From Patescibacteria group bacterium (GTDB lineage: Bacteria; Patescibacteriota; UBA1384; JBBRAU01): a DNA stretch of 64,000 nt. Location: positions 141,732-205,731 of the forward strand of contig JBBRAU010000001.1 in assembly GCA_038206475.1 (NCBI GenBank), read 5' to 3'. Positions within the stretch are counted from its first letter, which is position 1. Every line of letters begins with the position of its first letter. A program made the position numbers and the translations under genes. Positions 11,179-20,668 of this stretch are shown one piece after another. Below the pieces are notes generated by a model. It worked only from the letters and a program-made list of their open reading frames with translations. It was not told the DNA's origin and did not search any database.

Positions 11179-11249
11179 CTTCTCACCGTCTCTGCTGCGT
11201 GTAGGCTGCTCCCCAAGACTCCAAATGGTCTGCCGTGGTGTTACATATG

Positions 11250-11882
11250 CTATTGTTTGGGCGGGTAGTACGGCCGAGTGTAAACTTCAAAGGTAGGCCA
11301 AACCGAGAACATGGCGGTGCCGATAATAAAGCGTTGATCGACAAAACCAAAGGCGCGCGAGTCGTTGCTTTTTTCACGGTTGTCGCCAGATAAAAAGTAA
11401 CTGCTCTCTGGCACAGTGACTGGGGTGGTCGTCACAAAATCGTTATCGGTGATGGTGGTTTGAACGTCAGTTGGCAGGTACGATTCTTCCAGCGCCACAT
11501 TATTGACGTAGAGATTGCCATTTTTGACCTGAATAGCCTCGCCTGGCAAGCCAGTCACGCGCTTAATAAAGTTGCGCTTCGGGTCGCCCGGAAAGTGAAA
11601 GACCACAATATCGCCGCGCTGCAACGTGTCGGTGCGGGCGAGTTTGTTGAGTACAATACCCTCATGGTCTTGCAGAGTCGGGTCCATACTGTGGCCGTCA
11701 ACAATGATGATGGTCATCACAAACAGGTGCATCAGCACCAGCAGGCAGACGGCAATCACCAAGCTGCGCACTGAGCGAATAAGCACTCCACCACCAAGTA
11801 GCAGCTTCTGCAGTAGTTCCATAGCCTTAGTATAGAAGAAGTTCAGCGACTGCTCGAGCGCTTCAAAAAACCCACCGGTCAA
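11250..11882 (-). CDS. lepB: Signal peptidase I
   Basis: GHSMDPT catalytic Ser, FIKRV catalytic Lys, GDNREKSNDSR. Start codon uncertain. Confidence 0.95.
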   Translation of the reverse strand: MTGGFFEALEQSLNFFYTKAMELLQKLLLGGGVLIRSVRSLVIAVCLLVLMHLFVMTIIIVDGHSMDPTLQDHEGIVLNKLARTDTLQRGDIVVFHFPGDPKRNFIKRVTGLPGEAIQVKNGNLYVNNVALEESYLPTDVQTTITDNDFVTTTPVTVPESSYFLSGDNREKSNDSRAFGFVDQRFIIGTAMFSVWPTFEVYTRPYYPPKQ

Positions 11883-11924
11883 GCTTGGCTGGTGGGGATC
11901 CTGATATATCCGACAATACGTGGT

Positions 11925-12164
11925 TTAGGCGGCTTTTTGCTGTTTGGCCAGGCGGGCAATTAAGCGGCTGGCTTTATTTTTGTGGATGACGTTATTCTTG
12001 GCCGCTTTCATCAGCGCACCCTGAGCGGTGGCTAAGGTTTTTGGGTTGGCCTCAGTGCGAGCGGCTTTAACGGCGTGCTTAAAGGTCCGGCGGACCAGTT
12101 CATTCTCGGCGGCGCGGCGTTCGGCCACGCGCATCATTTTCTTGGCAGATTTAATAACAGGCAT
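11925..12164 (-). CDS. rpsT: 30S ribosomal protein S20
   Basis: MPVIKSAKK...IHKNKASRL. Confidence 0.97.
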   Translation of the reverse strand: MPVIKSAKKMMRVAERRAAENELVRRTFKHAVKAARTEANPKTLATAQGALMKAAKNNVIHKNKASRLIARLAKQQKAA

Positions 12165-12329
12165 AAAAGTTTCCTTACTTGATTCCGCTTGAGGCTACCA
12201 CAAAACTGCGTGATTGACAACACTAGGCTAGTCAATTACGATGCTTTCTTGCATGCCCCAAATGACTTGCGCCGTTCAGAAGCCCTGTTTACGGGTGGTG
12301 AAGTGAATAAATTACCGAGGGAGACCGCC

Positions 12330-13490
12330 ATGAGTCCAACTGAAGCTGACAGCAAATCAATGGAAATTTCGCCAAAACAACAGGCGCTCGATTTGCTACG
12401 CAGTGCCAAGAAAGTTTGGATTATGAGCCACAAGTCGCCGGACGGCGACGCCGTCGGCAGCAGTTTGGCCCTCGCACGCGTACTGGAGAAGCTGGACAAG
12501 CAAGTAGAGGTCGCGGCCTGGGGTGGCGTACCGGAACAGATGCGGTTTTTGCAGAGCTGGCAACAGCTGCACGACAACTTACATGCCCGACACGAAACAC
12601 GCATTTCCTTGCCCTTGCAAAGCGGTGAGCACGCTCAGTTGCTCTATGCGCGCAACCAACTGTCGGGGGCGTTGGAGATTGTCGTTAAAACGGAGCGCGA
12701 GATGGCAGCCAATCAGGTGGCGGTCACGGTCGCCACGGAACTGCCGGACGTACTGGTTATTTTGGACTCCTCAACCTTAGAGCATCTTGGCCCGTTGGCC
12801 GAGCAAGTGCGACCGCTGCTCAGTCAAATTAAAACGATCGCCATTGACCATCACGCCAGTCATCAGCCATACGCCCAAGTGACCTGGCTTGAGACTGGGG
12901 CTACCTCAACCAGCGAAATCATGGTCGGCTTGATCGAGGCGATGGCCGGAAAAACGCCGCTGTTTGATGCCGAAATTGCGACTAGTCTGCTGCTTGGCCT
13001 CATGACCGATACCGGCTCATTCCAGAACGAAAATACCACCCCGAAGTCGCTCACTACGGCCGCTCAATTGGTGGCGCTTGGCGCTGACCGTGAGCTGATC
13101 GTGAAGTGTGTGTTCCGCACGAAGTCATTTGGCCGTTTGAAGCTATGGGGACGGGCGTTGGAGCACCTGCAGGTCCACCAGAGCGGCCGGTTCGCCTGGA
13201 CCAGTCTGGCGGCCCTTGATTTTCAGCAGACCAAAACCACCGAAGAAGACGCCTCAGGTTTGATTGACGAGCTCTTGAAAAGTTTGCCCAATGTTCGTTT
13301 CGCCTTGGTGCTATCCGAACGTCAACTTGGCCTGCAGGGGTCGATGCGTAGCGTTGACGATCAGACTGACGTGTCGAGGCTCGCCGAACGCTTGGGTGGT
13401 GGCGGCCATAAAAAAGCAGCTGGCTTTTTACTGCTCGGCGCCAGTTTGACCAGTAAACAGGACGAGATACTACAAACCCTGGCCGCCTAG
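12330..13490 (+). CDS. DHH/DHHA1 phosphoesterase (NrnA-like) with an inserted subdomain
   Basis: H..PDGDAVGS, LDSS, IDHH, DTGSF, GGGHKKAAG; extra segment between motifs I and II. Confidence 0.88.
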   Translation: MSPTEADSKSMEISPKQQALDLLRSAKKVWIMSHKSPDGDAVGSSLALARVLEKLDKQVEVAAWGGVPEQMRFLQSWQQLHDNLHARHETRISLPLQSGEHAQLLYARNQLSGALEIVVKTEREMAANQVAVTVATELPDVLVILDSSTLEHLGPLAEQVRPLLSQIKTIAIDHHASHQPYAQVTWLETGATSTSEIMVGLIEAMAGKTPLFDAEIATSLLLGLMTDTGSFQNENTTPKSLTTAAQLVALGADRELIVKCVFRTKSFGRLKLWGRALEHLQVHQSGRFAWTSLAALDFQQTKTTEEDASGLIDELLKSLPNVRFALVLSERQLGLQGSMRSVDDQTDVSRLAERLGGGGHKKAAGFLLLGASLTSKQDEILQTLAA

Positions 13491-13706
13491 ATTGCTATTT
13501 TTGGCAAAATCGGGTAGTCTAAGCGTGTTCATGGGGGAGTTCACGAACCCGAGCTGTCACTGAGCGTTGTCCGGTGCACAGTTCATGAGTGACCCTGACT
13601 GCACTCTCATTAAGTCAGGCGATACCGGCTGGAGCAATCTGGCCAGTATGAAACGGTATCCGCTGAAAGCAGTGCTTTTGGTTGGAGCCAAAGAAAGGAA
13701 TGACCG

Positions 13707-14123
13707 ATGGCAGAAGAAGTAGCGACGAAAAAACCAGTTCGCAGCAAAAAGGCAGCCGCGGGAGCGCCCGCTGAGCCAACGGCGGCAGAAACCGTTGCTC
13801 CACTAGCAGAGCAGCCGGCCCCAGCCAAAATGACAGCCAAGGCCGCCAAGAGGGCCCGCGCCGCGCTGACGGTTGACGAAAAATTAATTAAAAAATACCG
13901 CTCGCACGAGAAAGACACTGGCTCGGCCGAGGTCCAAATTGCCCAGCTGACCCGCGATATCAACTCGTTGGCCAAGCATCTGTTGGAGCACAAAAAAGAT
14001 CATGATTCGCGCCGCGGTCTGCTGAAAATGGTGGCTCGTCGTCGCCGCTTGCTGACCAGCCTGCGCTCAGCCGACCGCCCACAGTACGAGCAGCTGATTG
14101 CCGACCTTGGGCTGCGGAAGTAA
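13707..14123 (+). CDS. rpsO: 30S ribosomal protein S15 with Ala/Lys/Pro-rich N-terminal extension
   Basis: [31 protein letters not shown]; SD AAAGGA precedes ATG 13707. Confidence 0.97.
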   Translation: MAEEVATKKPVRSKKAAAGAPAEPTAAETVAPLAEQPAPAKMTAKAAKRARAALTVDEKLIKKYRSHEKDTGSAEVQIAQLTRDINSLAKHLLEHKKDHDSRRGLLKMVARRRRLLTSLRSADRPQYEQLIADLGLRK

Positions 14124-14125
14124 CC

Positions 14126-16282
14126 ATGGCGCTTGAATTCACTACCTATCAAGCTGAAGCGGCCATTGGCACCCGCACGCTCTCGTTTGAAACCGGCAAA
14201 TTGGCCGGTTTGGCTAACGGCTCCGTGACCGCCCGCTACGGCGACACGGTCATTCTGGTGACAACTGTCACAGCTAAAGAGCCGCGCGAAGGCGTTGATT
14301 TCTTTCCACTGACGGTTGATTACGAAGAGCGGCTGTACGCTGCTGGCAAAATCTCTGGATCGCGCTTCATTAAGCGTGAAAACCGACCATCAGAGGAGGC
14401 GATCTTAGCCGCTCGTCTGGTTGATCGGCCGCTGCGCCCACTCTTCCCAAAGTATTTTAGGAACGACGTCCAAATTATTATCACCGTCTTGTCGGCCGAC
14501 CTGGAGAATGATCCAGATATCATCGCGATTAACGCCGCCTCCATGTCACTGATGGCTGCTGGGGCGCCGTTTGACGGTCCAGTTGGCGCCGTCCGGGTTG
14601 GTTTGGACGTTGCCGGTCAATTTATCATTAATCCCACCCATGCTGAGCGCGCCACCGGCAAATTAGACCTCGTTGTCGCCGGCACCAAGGAGCGGGTGAT
14701 GATGCTTGAGGCTGGTGCCAGCGAGGTGCCTGAGGCCAAAGTGATGGAAGCAATCCGCTTCGGCCATGCTGAACTGCAGAAGGCGATTGTGCTGCAAGAA
14801 GAATTTGCCGCTATGCTACCGAAGACGGAGCGGGCCTTGCCGGAAATCGACCTGAACATTCATGAGCAGGTCAAAAGCTTTGTGGGTGACCGCTTGTCAG
14901 AGTTTTTGCGCACCGCTGACAAACTGGAACGCGAACGTCACATGGCTGATTTTGAGGCCGAAGTGTTGAAGAATTTCGAAGGTGACTTCAAGCAAATCGA
15001 TCTTAAATCAGCGCTTGAGAAATTGATTGAAAAAGAGGTGCGCCGGTTAATTTTGGTTGACGGCGTCCGGCCCGACGGTCGCAAAATTGACGAGATTCGG
15101 CCGCTGAACGTGCAATTGGCACTGCTGCCACGCACCCACGGCTCGGCACTGTTTACGCGCGGCCAAACCCAGGCCTTGACTATTGCTACACTCGGCTCGC
15201 CGGGTATGGAACAGACAGTTGAGACGATGGAGCAAGACGGTGCCAAGCGCTACATGCACCACTACAACTTTCCGCCGTACTCTACGGGTGAGACGAAACC
15301 GCTGCGGGGTGCCTCTCGCCGCGAGGTCGGCCACGGAGCACTGGCTGAGCGGGCACTCGTCCCGGTATTGCCGAAGCAGGAGCAGTTCCCGTACACTATC
15401 CGCCTTGTTTCAGAAATTCTTTCTTCAAACGGCTCTTCGTCAATGGCCGCCACCTGCGGCTCGACCTTGGCGTTGATGGATGCTGGCGTGCCAATCGCCC
15501 GGCCCGTGTCCGGTATCGCCATGGGTTTAGTGACCGAAGCTGGTCATGAGACCGAAAAATATACCATTCTGACTGACTTGCAGGGCCTTGAGGACTTTGC
15601 CGGTGACATGGACTTTAAGGTTGCCGGCACCACTGAAGGCATCACTGCCATTCAAATGGACACAAAAATTCACGGCTTGTCGCTCAAGATGGTTGAAGAG
15701 ACGCTTGAGCAAGCCGCCACCGGCCGCGCTGTCATTTTGCAGGCCATGACCAGTGTCATTGCCGAGCCGAGGGCCGACTTGTCGCCGTACGCGCCGCGTA
15801 TTACCTCAATTCAGATTCCGCCCGATAAAATCGGTACGGTTATTGGTCCGGGCGGCAAAATGATCCACAAGATTATTGAAGACGCCGGTGGCAAAGAGGT
15901 GATCACACTTGACATTGAAGAGGACGGCACAGTGCTTATCTCCTCAGTCGACCCGAAGGCGGCCAAAATTGCCGAAGAGATTATTTCCGGCTTAACCCGC
16001 GAGGTTAAGATTGGCGACATCTTTGACGGTGAGGTGGTGCAGATTATGCGCGACCGCATGTCTGGCAAAGAGATTGGCGCTATTGTCCAAATTTTGCCTA
16101 ACCAAGACGGTATGGTGCATATCTCTGAACTTGCCAACACTCGCGTTGATACAGTCTCATCGGTGGTCAAAGTCGGCGACAAAATACGTGTGCAGGTGGT
16201 TGATGTTGACCTGGACCGCGGCCGTATTTCGCTCTCCCGCCGCGCCTTGCTCGACCGTCCGACTGAAACTCAGCGCAGCTAA
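14126..16282 (+). CDS. pnp: Polyribonucleotide nucleotidyltransferase
   Basis: FFPLTVDYEE, RREVGHG, SNGSSSMA, GDMDFKVAG, KH and S1 domains; classic rpsO-pnp order. Confidence 0.99.
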   Translation: MALEFTTYQAEAAIGTRTLSFETGKLAGLANGSVTARYGDTVILVTTVTAKEPREGVDFFPLTVDYEERLYAAGKISGSRFIKRENRPSEEAILAARLVDRPLRPLFPKYFRNDVQIIITVLSADLENDPDIIAINAASMSLMAAGAPFDGPVGAVRVGLDVAGQFIINPTHAERATGKLDLVVAGTKERVMMLEAGASEVPEAKVMEAIRFGHAELQKAIVLQEEFAAMLPKTERALPEIDLNIHEQVKSFVGDRLSEFLRTADKLERERHMADFEAEVLKNFEGDFKQIDLKSALEKLIEKEVRRLILVDGVRPDGRKIDEIRPLNVQLALLPRTHGSALFTRGQTQALTIATLGSPGMEQTVETMEQDGAKRYMHHYNFPPYSTGETKPLRGASRREVGHGALAERALVPVLPKQEQFPYTIRLVSEILSSNGSSSMAATCGSTLALMDAGVPIARPVSGIAMGLVTEAGHETEKYTILTDLQGLEDFAGDMDFKVAGTTEGITAIQMDTKIHGLSLKMVEETLEQAATGRAVILQAMTSVIAEPRADLSPYAPRITSIQIPPDKIGTVIGPGGKMIHKIIEDAGGKEVITLDIEEDGTVLISSVDPKAAKIAEEIISGLTREVKIGDIFDGEVVQIMRDRMSGKEIGAIVQILPNQDGMVHISELANTRVDTVSSVVKVGDKIRVQVVDVDLDRGRISLSRRALLDRPTETQRS

Positions 16283-16286
16283 GCAC

Positions 16287-16315
16287 TTGACAAAATTGCG
16301 AATTTAGTAAATAAT
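16287..16315 (+). promoter_or_regulatory. sigma70-type promoter for udg-rnj
   Basis: TTGACA-N17-AATAAT. Confidence 0.55.
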
Positions 16316-16356
16316 TAAATCATCGTCGTTTTTTGCGGCAAGGATCTCTCATAGTT

Positions 16357-16959
16357 GTGTCACCCGATACGTCTAACGCAATCACCGTAGCCGACCGGAT
16401 GGTAGCCCTCCAAGCGGTAGCTGATGGTATTCGCCAGCCTGGCGGCTGCGGTAATGCCATCTGCCAAACGCGCACCCAAGCAGTGCCCGGCAGCGGCAAC
16501 CCGCAGCCTGAGATTGTTTTCATCGGTGAGGGCCCTGGCCAAAAGGAGGACCAAACCGGCGAGCCGTTTGTTGGTGCCGCCGGTACGTTTCTGGCCGAAA
16601 TGCTGGCCTCGATTGGCCTTGAACGCAGCGATGTCTTTATTACTAATATCGTCAAATGCCGACCGCCGGATAACCGCGACCCGATGCCCGAAGAGAAAAC
16701 CACTTGCACACCCTTTCTGGACGAACAACTGGCTATCCTTGAGCCGAGGCTGATTGTGTTGCTTGGCCGCCATGCCATGGAGTACTTTTTGCCTGGCTTG
16801 AAAATTAGCCAAGTGCACGGCCAGCCGAACAAGAAAGGCGGCCGGGTTTACCTGCCTCTCTATCATCCGGCAGCAGCGCTCTACAATGGCAGTCAACGCG
16901 AAGTGCTGCTGGCTGATTTCCAGACCATTCCAGCCATCTTAGCCGCCCTCCAGGATTGA
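16357..16959 (+). CDS. Family 4 uracil-DNA glycosylase
   Basis: GEGPG..ED..GEPFVG.AG, NIVKCRPP.NRDP, YHPAA. Start uncertain. Confidence 0.93.
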   Translation: MSPDTSNAITVADRMVALQAVADGIRQPGGCGNAICQTRTQAVPGSGNPQPEIVFIGEGPGQKEDQTGEPFVGAAGTFLAEMLASIGLERSDVFITNIVKCRPPDNRDPMPEEKTTCTPFLDEQLAILEPRLIVLLGRHAMEYFLPGLKISQVHGQPNKKGGRVYLPLYHPAAALYNGSQREVLLADFQTIPAILAALQD

Positions 16960-17134
16960 ACGCACCTTTTTGCCTGCGACGCTTGAGCGTTGGCAGCAAG
17001 GAGCGTTCACGGAGCGCAACCACCTTGAATTAATACCAGTAACGGCGACCTTGTCGCCACTATCATTGCGGGTTTTTGCCCGCAGCTACAACGCACTTGC
17101 CCGGAGGGGCATATTGCACAAGAAAGGAAACTGT

Positions 17135-19243
17135 ATGGTTGATCAATCAACCGCCCCAAGCAGCTCTCCAGCGGCCCCTGCGCCGACTGGGAGCCCGGAC
17201 GGAGGCCAACGCGGCCGCCGTCGCAATTACCGCAGTCGCAGTCGGTCTAACCCTGCGTCCGCAACAAGTGAGACGCCAATTGTGGCGGCTCACATCTCAA
17301 AAGACAGTCTTAAGGTAACAACTGCTGACGAGCAAGCCGGTAACCGCCGGCCAGCGCGCGGCAGTCGGACCTCGTCAGTTGGCAGCGAGAACGGCACAGG
17401 CCGTTCCAGCTACGCTGATCGCAGTGCCACCGCTCCGCACCGCGGTTTGCCCAATCGTCGCCGCCGAGTTGAAAAACAGAGCCTGTCTGACTACTCGCAA
17501 GGCTCATTTAATGCGGGCGAAGATCGTTTGAGTGTGGTTGGCAATAATGACCAACCGGCCGCCAAGCTTGGTCCAGCCGGCGAGACGCTAAGAATTATCC
17601 CACTTGGTGGTGTTGAAGAAATCGGCAAGAATATGACCGCCCTTGAGTGGGGCGACGACATCATCATTATTGACTGCGGCTTCATGTTCCCAGATCAGTC
17701 CATGCCAGGTGTTGATTATATTATTCCAGACGTAACCTATTTAGCGGAGCGCAAATCAAAAATCCGCGGCATGGTAATCACCCACGCCCATATGGATCAC
17801 ATTGGCGCCTTCCCGTACGTTTACGAGAAGCTGGGTACGCCACCGATTCATTCGGCGCCGATCACGCTCGCTTTCATTAAAAAGAAGCTTGAAGAGTTTG
17901 GTATTGATCAAAAAGCCCGCATGATTCCGTTCAACCCCGACCGCGATAAGTTACGGCTCGGCCGTTTTGAAATAGATGTCTTCCGCCTGACGCACTCGGC
18001 GCCAGACTCGGTGGGTGTGGCGGTTAAAACCCCGCATGGCCATATTGTCTACACGACTGACTGGAAATTTGATCACACGCCGGCGGACGGCAAACGGGCC
18101 GACTTTGCAACACTGGCCCGCCTCGGCGAAGAGGGTGTGCTAGCCCTGTTTTCCGACTCGACTAACATTGATAAGCCGGGCACCTCTATTTCAGAAGCAG
18201 AGGTTGGCCACGCCTTAAAAGAGGCGGTTGGTAACTGCCGCGGCCGTATCATTTTGGCTACCATGTCGTCGCTAATCACTCGTATCCAGCAGGTGTTGCA
18301 AGCCGCCGAGAAGCATGGCCGCAAGGTGGCCTTTGTCGGCCGCTCCATGGTCGATAACGTCGACATGGCTATTCAGCTCGGCAACATCATGCCGCCCAAA
18401 AACACCATCATCGACATTAACGACATCGGCCGCTATAGCGACGACCAGGTTTTGATTGTCACCACCGGCTCGCAGGGTGAGGAGTTGTCGGGCTTAACCC
18501 GCATCGCCCAAGGTGAACACCGCCAGGTCAAAATCAAGAGGGGCGATACTGTTATTCTGTCCGCCTCAGCCATCCCGGGCAACGAAAAAGCTATTCAGCA
18601 GATGATGGATGGCTTGGCCCGTGAAGGTGCCCGTGTCGTCAACAATAAAATGATGTCTATTCATACCTCGGGCCACGCTAACCGCGAAGACCTGAAGTTA
18701 ATGATTGCCCTGACTAAGCCGCAGTACTTTTTGCCGATTCACGGTGAGCGCTTTAAACTCATCATGCATGGTGAATTGGCTGTCGAAATGGGGGTTAAAC
18801 CGGAAAACATCTTGATTGGCGACAACGGCCAAGTAACCGAGTTCAAAAACGGCCAAGGCGCGGTTACGACGCAACGTGTTCCGGCAGGCTACGTCTTAGT
18901 CGACGGCCTCGGTATCGGCGACGTCGGCAACATTGTGCTGCGCGACCGCAAGATGATGGCCCAAGACGGCATCTTTGTCTCAATCATCACGGTGGACCAC
19001 CAGACCGGCAAGGTTCTGGCTAGCCCGGATATTATCTCCCGCGGCTTCGTTTACATGCGTGATAACGAAGACTTAATCGGCAAAACGAGAGACGAGATTA
19101 AGCGCATTCTGGAGGAGCAAACCAAGAAGACGCCGTTTGAGTGGAGTTGGGTTAAAAACGAGCTCAGAGACGGCCTGGAGCGCTTCCTGTTTGAACAGAC
19201 GCACCGCCGACCGATGGTTATCCCTGTTGTCATCGAAGTCTAG
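17135..19243 (+). CDS. rnj: Ribonuclease J with long disordered Arg/Ser-rich N-terminal extension
   Basis: PLGGVEEIGKNM, THAHMDHIG, GSQGE, HTSGH, PIHGE, RRPMVIPV; SD AAAGGA precedes ATG 17135. Confidence 0.96.
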   Translation: MVDQSTAPSSSPAAPAPTGSPDGGQRGRRRNYRSRSRSNPASATSETPIVAAHISKDSLKVTTADEQAGNRRPARGSRTSSVGSENGTGRSSYADRSATAPHRGLPNRRRRVEKQSLSDYSQGSFNAGEDRLSVVGNNDQPAAKLGPAGETLRIIPLGGVEEIGKNMTALEWGDDIIIIDCGFMFPDQSMPGVDYIIPDVTYLAERKSKIRGMVITHAHMDHIGAFPYVYEKLGTPPIHSAPITLAFIKKKLEEFGIDQKARMIPFNPDRDKLRLGRFEIDVFRLTHSAPDSVGVAVKTPHGHIVYTTDWKFDHTPADGKRADFATLARLGEEGVLALFSDSTNIDKPGTSISEAEVGHALKEAVGNCRGRIILATMSSLITRIQQVLQAAEKHGRKVAFVGRSMVDNVDMAIQLGNIMPPKNTIIDINDIGRYSDDQVLIVTTGSQGEELSGLTRIAQGEHRQVKIKRGDTVILSASAIPGNEKAIQQMMDGLAREGARVVNNKMMSIHTSGHANREDLKLMIALTKPQYFLPIHGERFKLIMHGELAVEMGVKPENILIGDNGQVTEFKNGQGAVTTQRVPAGYVLVDGLGIGDVGNIVLRDRKMMAQDGIFVSIITVDHQTGKVLASPDIISRGFVYMRDNEDLIGKTRDEIKRILEEQTKKTPFEWSWVKNELRDGLERFLFEQTHRRPMVIPVVIEV

Positions 19244-19270
19244 ATACTTCAGCCCTGCATCATGACAAGA

Positions 19271-19296
19271 AAAAGCCCGCTGTACGGCGGGCTTTT
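19271..19296. terminator. Intrinsic terminator after rnj
   Basis: AAAAGCCCGC-tgtacg-GCGGGCTTTT. Confidence 0.85.
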
Positions 19297-19525
19297 GGTG
19301 TGTGGATGGCTGTCCCTTATCGACCGAGGGAAGTGTTGATCTCGGTCGATGCAAAGAGCACATTTCTACCTCCGGTATAAGGTGGAACGAGAAGCACCTC
19401 ACTTTTACCAAAACATCCCTCATCTGTCTAATGACAACGGTTTATGGGCCGATGTCTTGTAGCCTCGTCAAATGAGCGTCAGTGTCGTATACTCCGAGCG
19501 TTGTCTGAATTAATGAAAGGATTGT

Positions 19526-20017
19526 ATGCGCACAGCAATGATCATTCTTGGCGTCTTGATTGTGGCGGCCCTGGCCGTCGGCCTGAAAGGGAGGAGCCAG
19601 ACGTCTTCCTCGGCTTCAACCTCACCGGTCGCCTCAGCCAGCGTCGAAACCAGCCCACTGGCAAGCAGCCTGGACGCCTCAGCTAGCCCAGTTGTCTCTG
19701 TGAGTCCAATTACTGATTCGAACACCAGCTCAGCGTCCAGCCAGGCGGATGCCGTTGTCACTATTTCCGAGACCGGCTTTACGCCCAAGGCGGTCACCAT
19801 CAAGCAGGGCCAGACGATTCAATTCAAAAACAATGGCTCCGGCCCCCACTACGTCGCCTCTGATCCGCATCCAACGCACACGGACTACACGGGGCTTCAG
19901 TCAAAGGATTTGCTGCCGAACCAGTCTTGGAGCTTCGCTTTTGCTAAGATAGGGACATGGGGCATCCACGACCACGAAAACCCGAGCATGAAAATGACGG
20001 TCACCGTCAAATCGTAG
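19526..20017 (+). CDS. Membrane-anchored cupredoxin-fold protein
   Basis: TM plus Ser linker, then GFTP..VTIK.GQTI.F.N, HYVASDPHPTH, GTWGIHDHENPSM. Confidence 0.8.
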   Translation: MRTAMIILGVLIVAALAVGLKGRSQTSSSASTSPVASASVETSPLASSLDASASPVVSVSPITDSNTSSASSQADAVVTISETGFTPKAVTIKQGQTIQFKNNGSGPHYVASDPHPTHTDYTGLQSKDLLPNQSWSFAFAKIGTWGIHDHENPSMKMTVTVKS

Positions 20018-20664
20018 CCAAGGCCAAGGTTGAGAAGCAGCGCTACAAACTAGCAGTTACCGGCTCAGCCGAGGGGCTTTGTGCTGAGTGCGGATATGAA
20101 AAGGCTTACCAAGTTGGTGAGGAGATCGCCAAGCAGGGAGCTATTTTGCTGAACGGGGCAACCAAGGGCATTCCGCACTTTGCTGCATATGGCGCCAAGG
20201 CGCACCAGGGTTTTACGATCGGCTTTTCGCCAGCTATCTCCAAAAAGGAACACGTCAAAAAATACGCTTTGCCGCTTGATGTGTTAGATATCGTCGTCTA
20301 CACCGGCTTCAACTACTCTGGCCGGAACTTGATGCTGACACGGGCAGCTGACGCCGTCGTGATGGTTTGTGGCCGCATCGGCACGCTAAATGAGTTTACC
20401 GCTGCTTTTGAAGACGGCAAGTTGATCGGTGTGTTAACGCACTCTGGCGGCATGTCCGGCGAAATTGAGCATATTTTAAAAATTGCTAAGCGCGGCCGCG
20501 GCCGCGTCATATACAACAGCAACCCAAAAGCCTTGGTTCAGGAGCTGATTCAGCACATTGCAACTGACGAGCGGGTCAACTTTCATGCCACGGCAGCTGA
20601 GATGCGCGGACGGGATTTAGACTTGATGCGCGCTCATCCCTCTAAATGTCCGCTGCCTGAATGA
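19957..20664 (+). CDS. LOG/SLOG family nucleotide-binding protein (TIGR00725-like)
   Basis: AVTGSA, GA..G.P..AAYGA, GRN..L, GRIGTLNEF. Start uncertain. Confidence 0.8.
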   Translation: MGHPRPRKPEHENDGHRQIVAKAKVEKQRYKLAVTGSAEGLCAECGYEKAYQVGEEIAKQGAILLNGATKGIPHFAAYGAKAHQGFTIGFSPAISKKEHVKKYALPLDVLDIVVYTGFNYSGRNLMLTRAADAVVMVCGRIGTLNEFTAAFEDGKLIGVLTHSGGMSGEIEHILKIAKRGRGRVIYNSNPKALVQELIQHIATDERVNFHATAAEMRGRDLDLMRAHPSKCPLPE

Positions 20665-20668
20665 CGTT

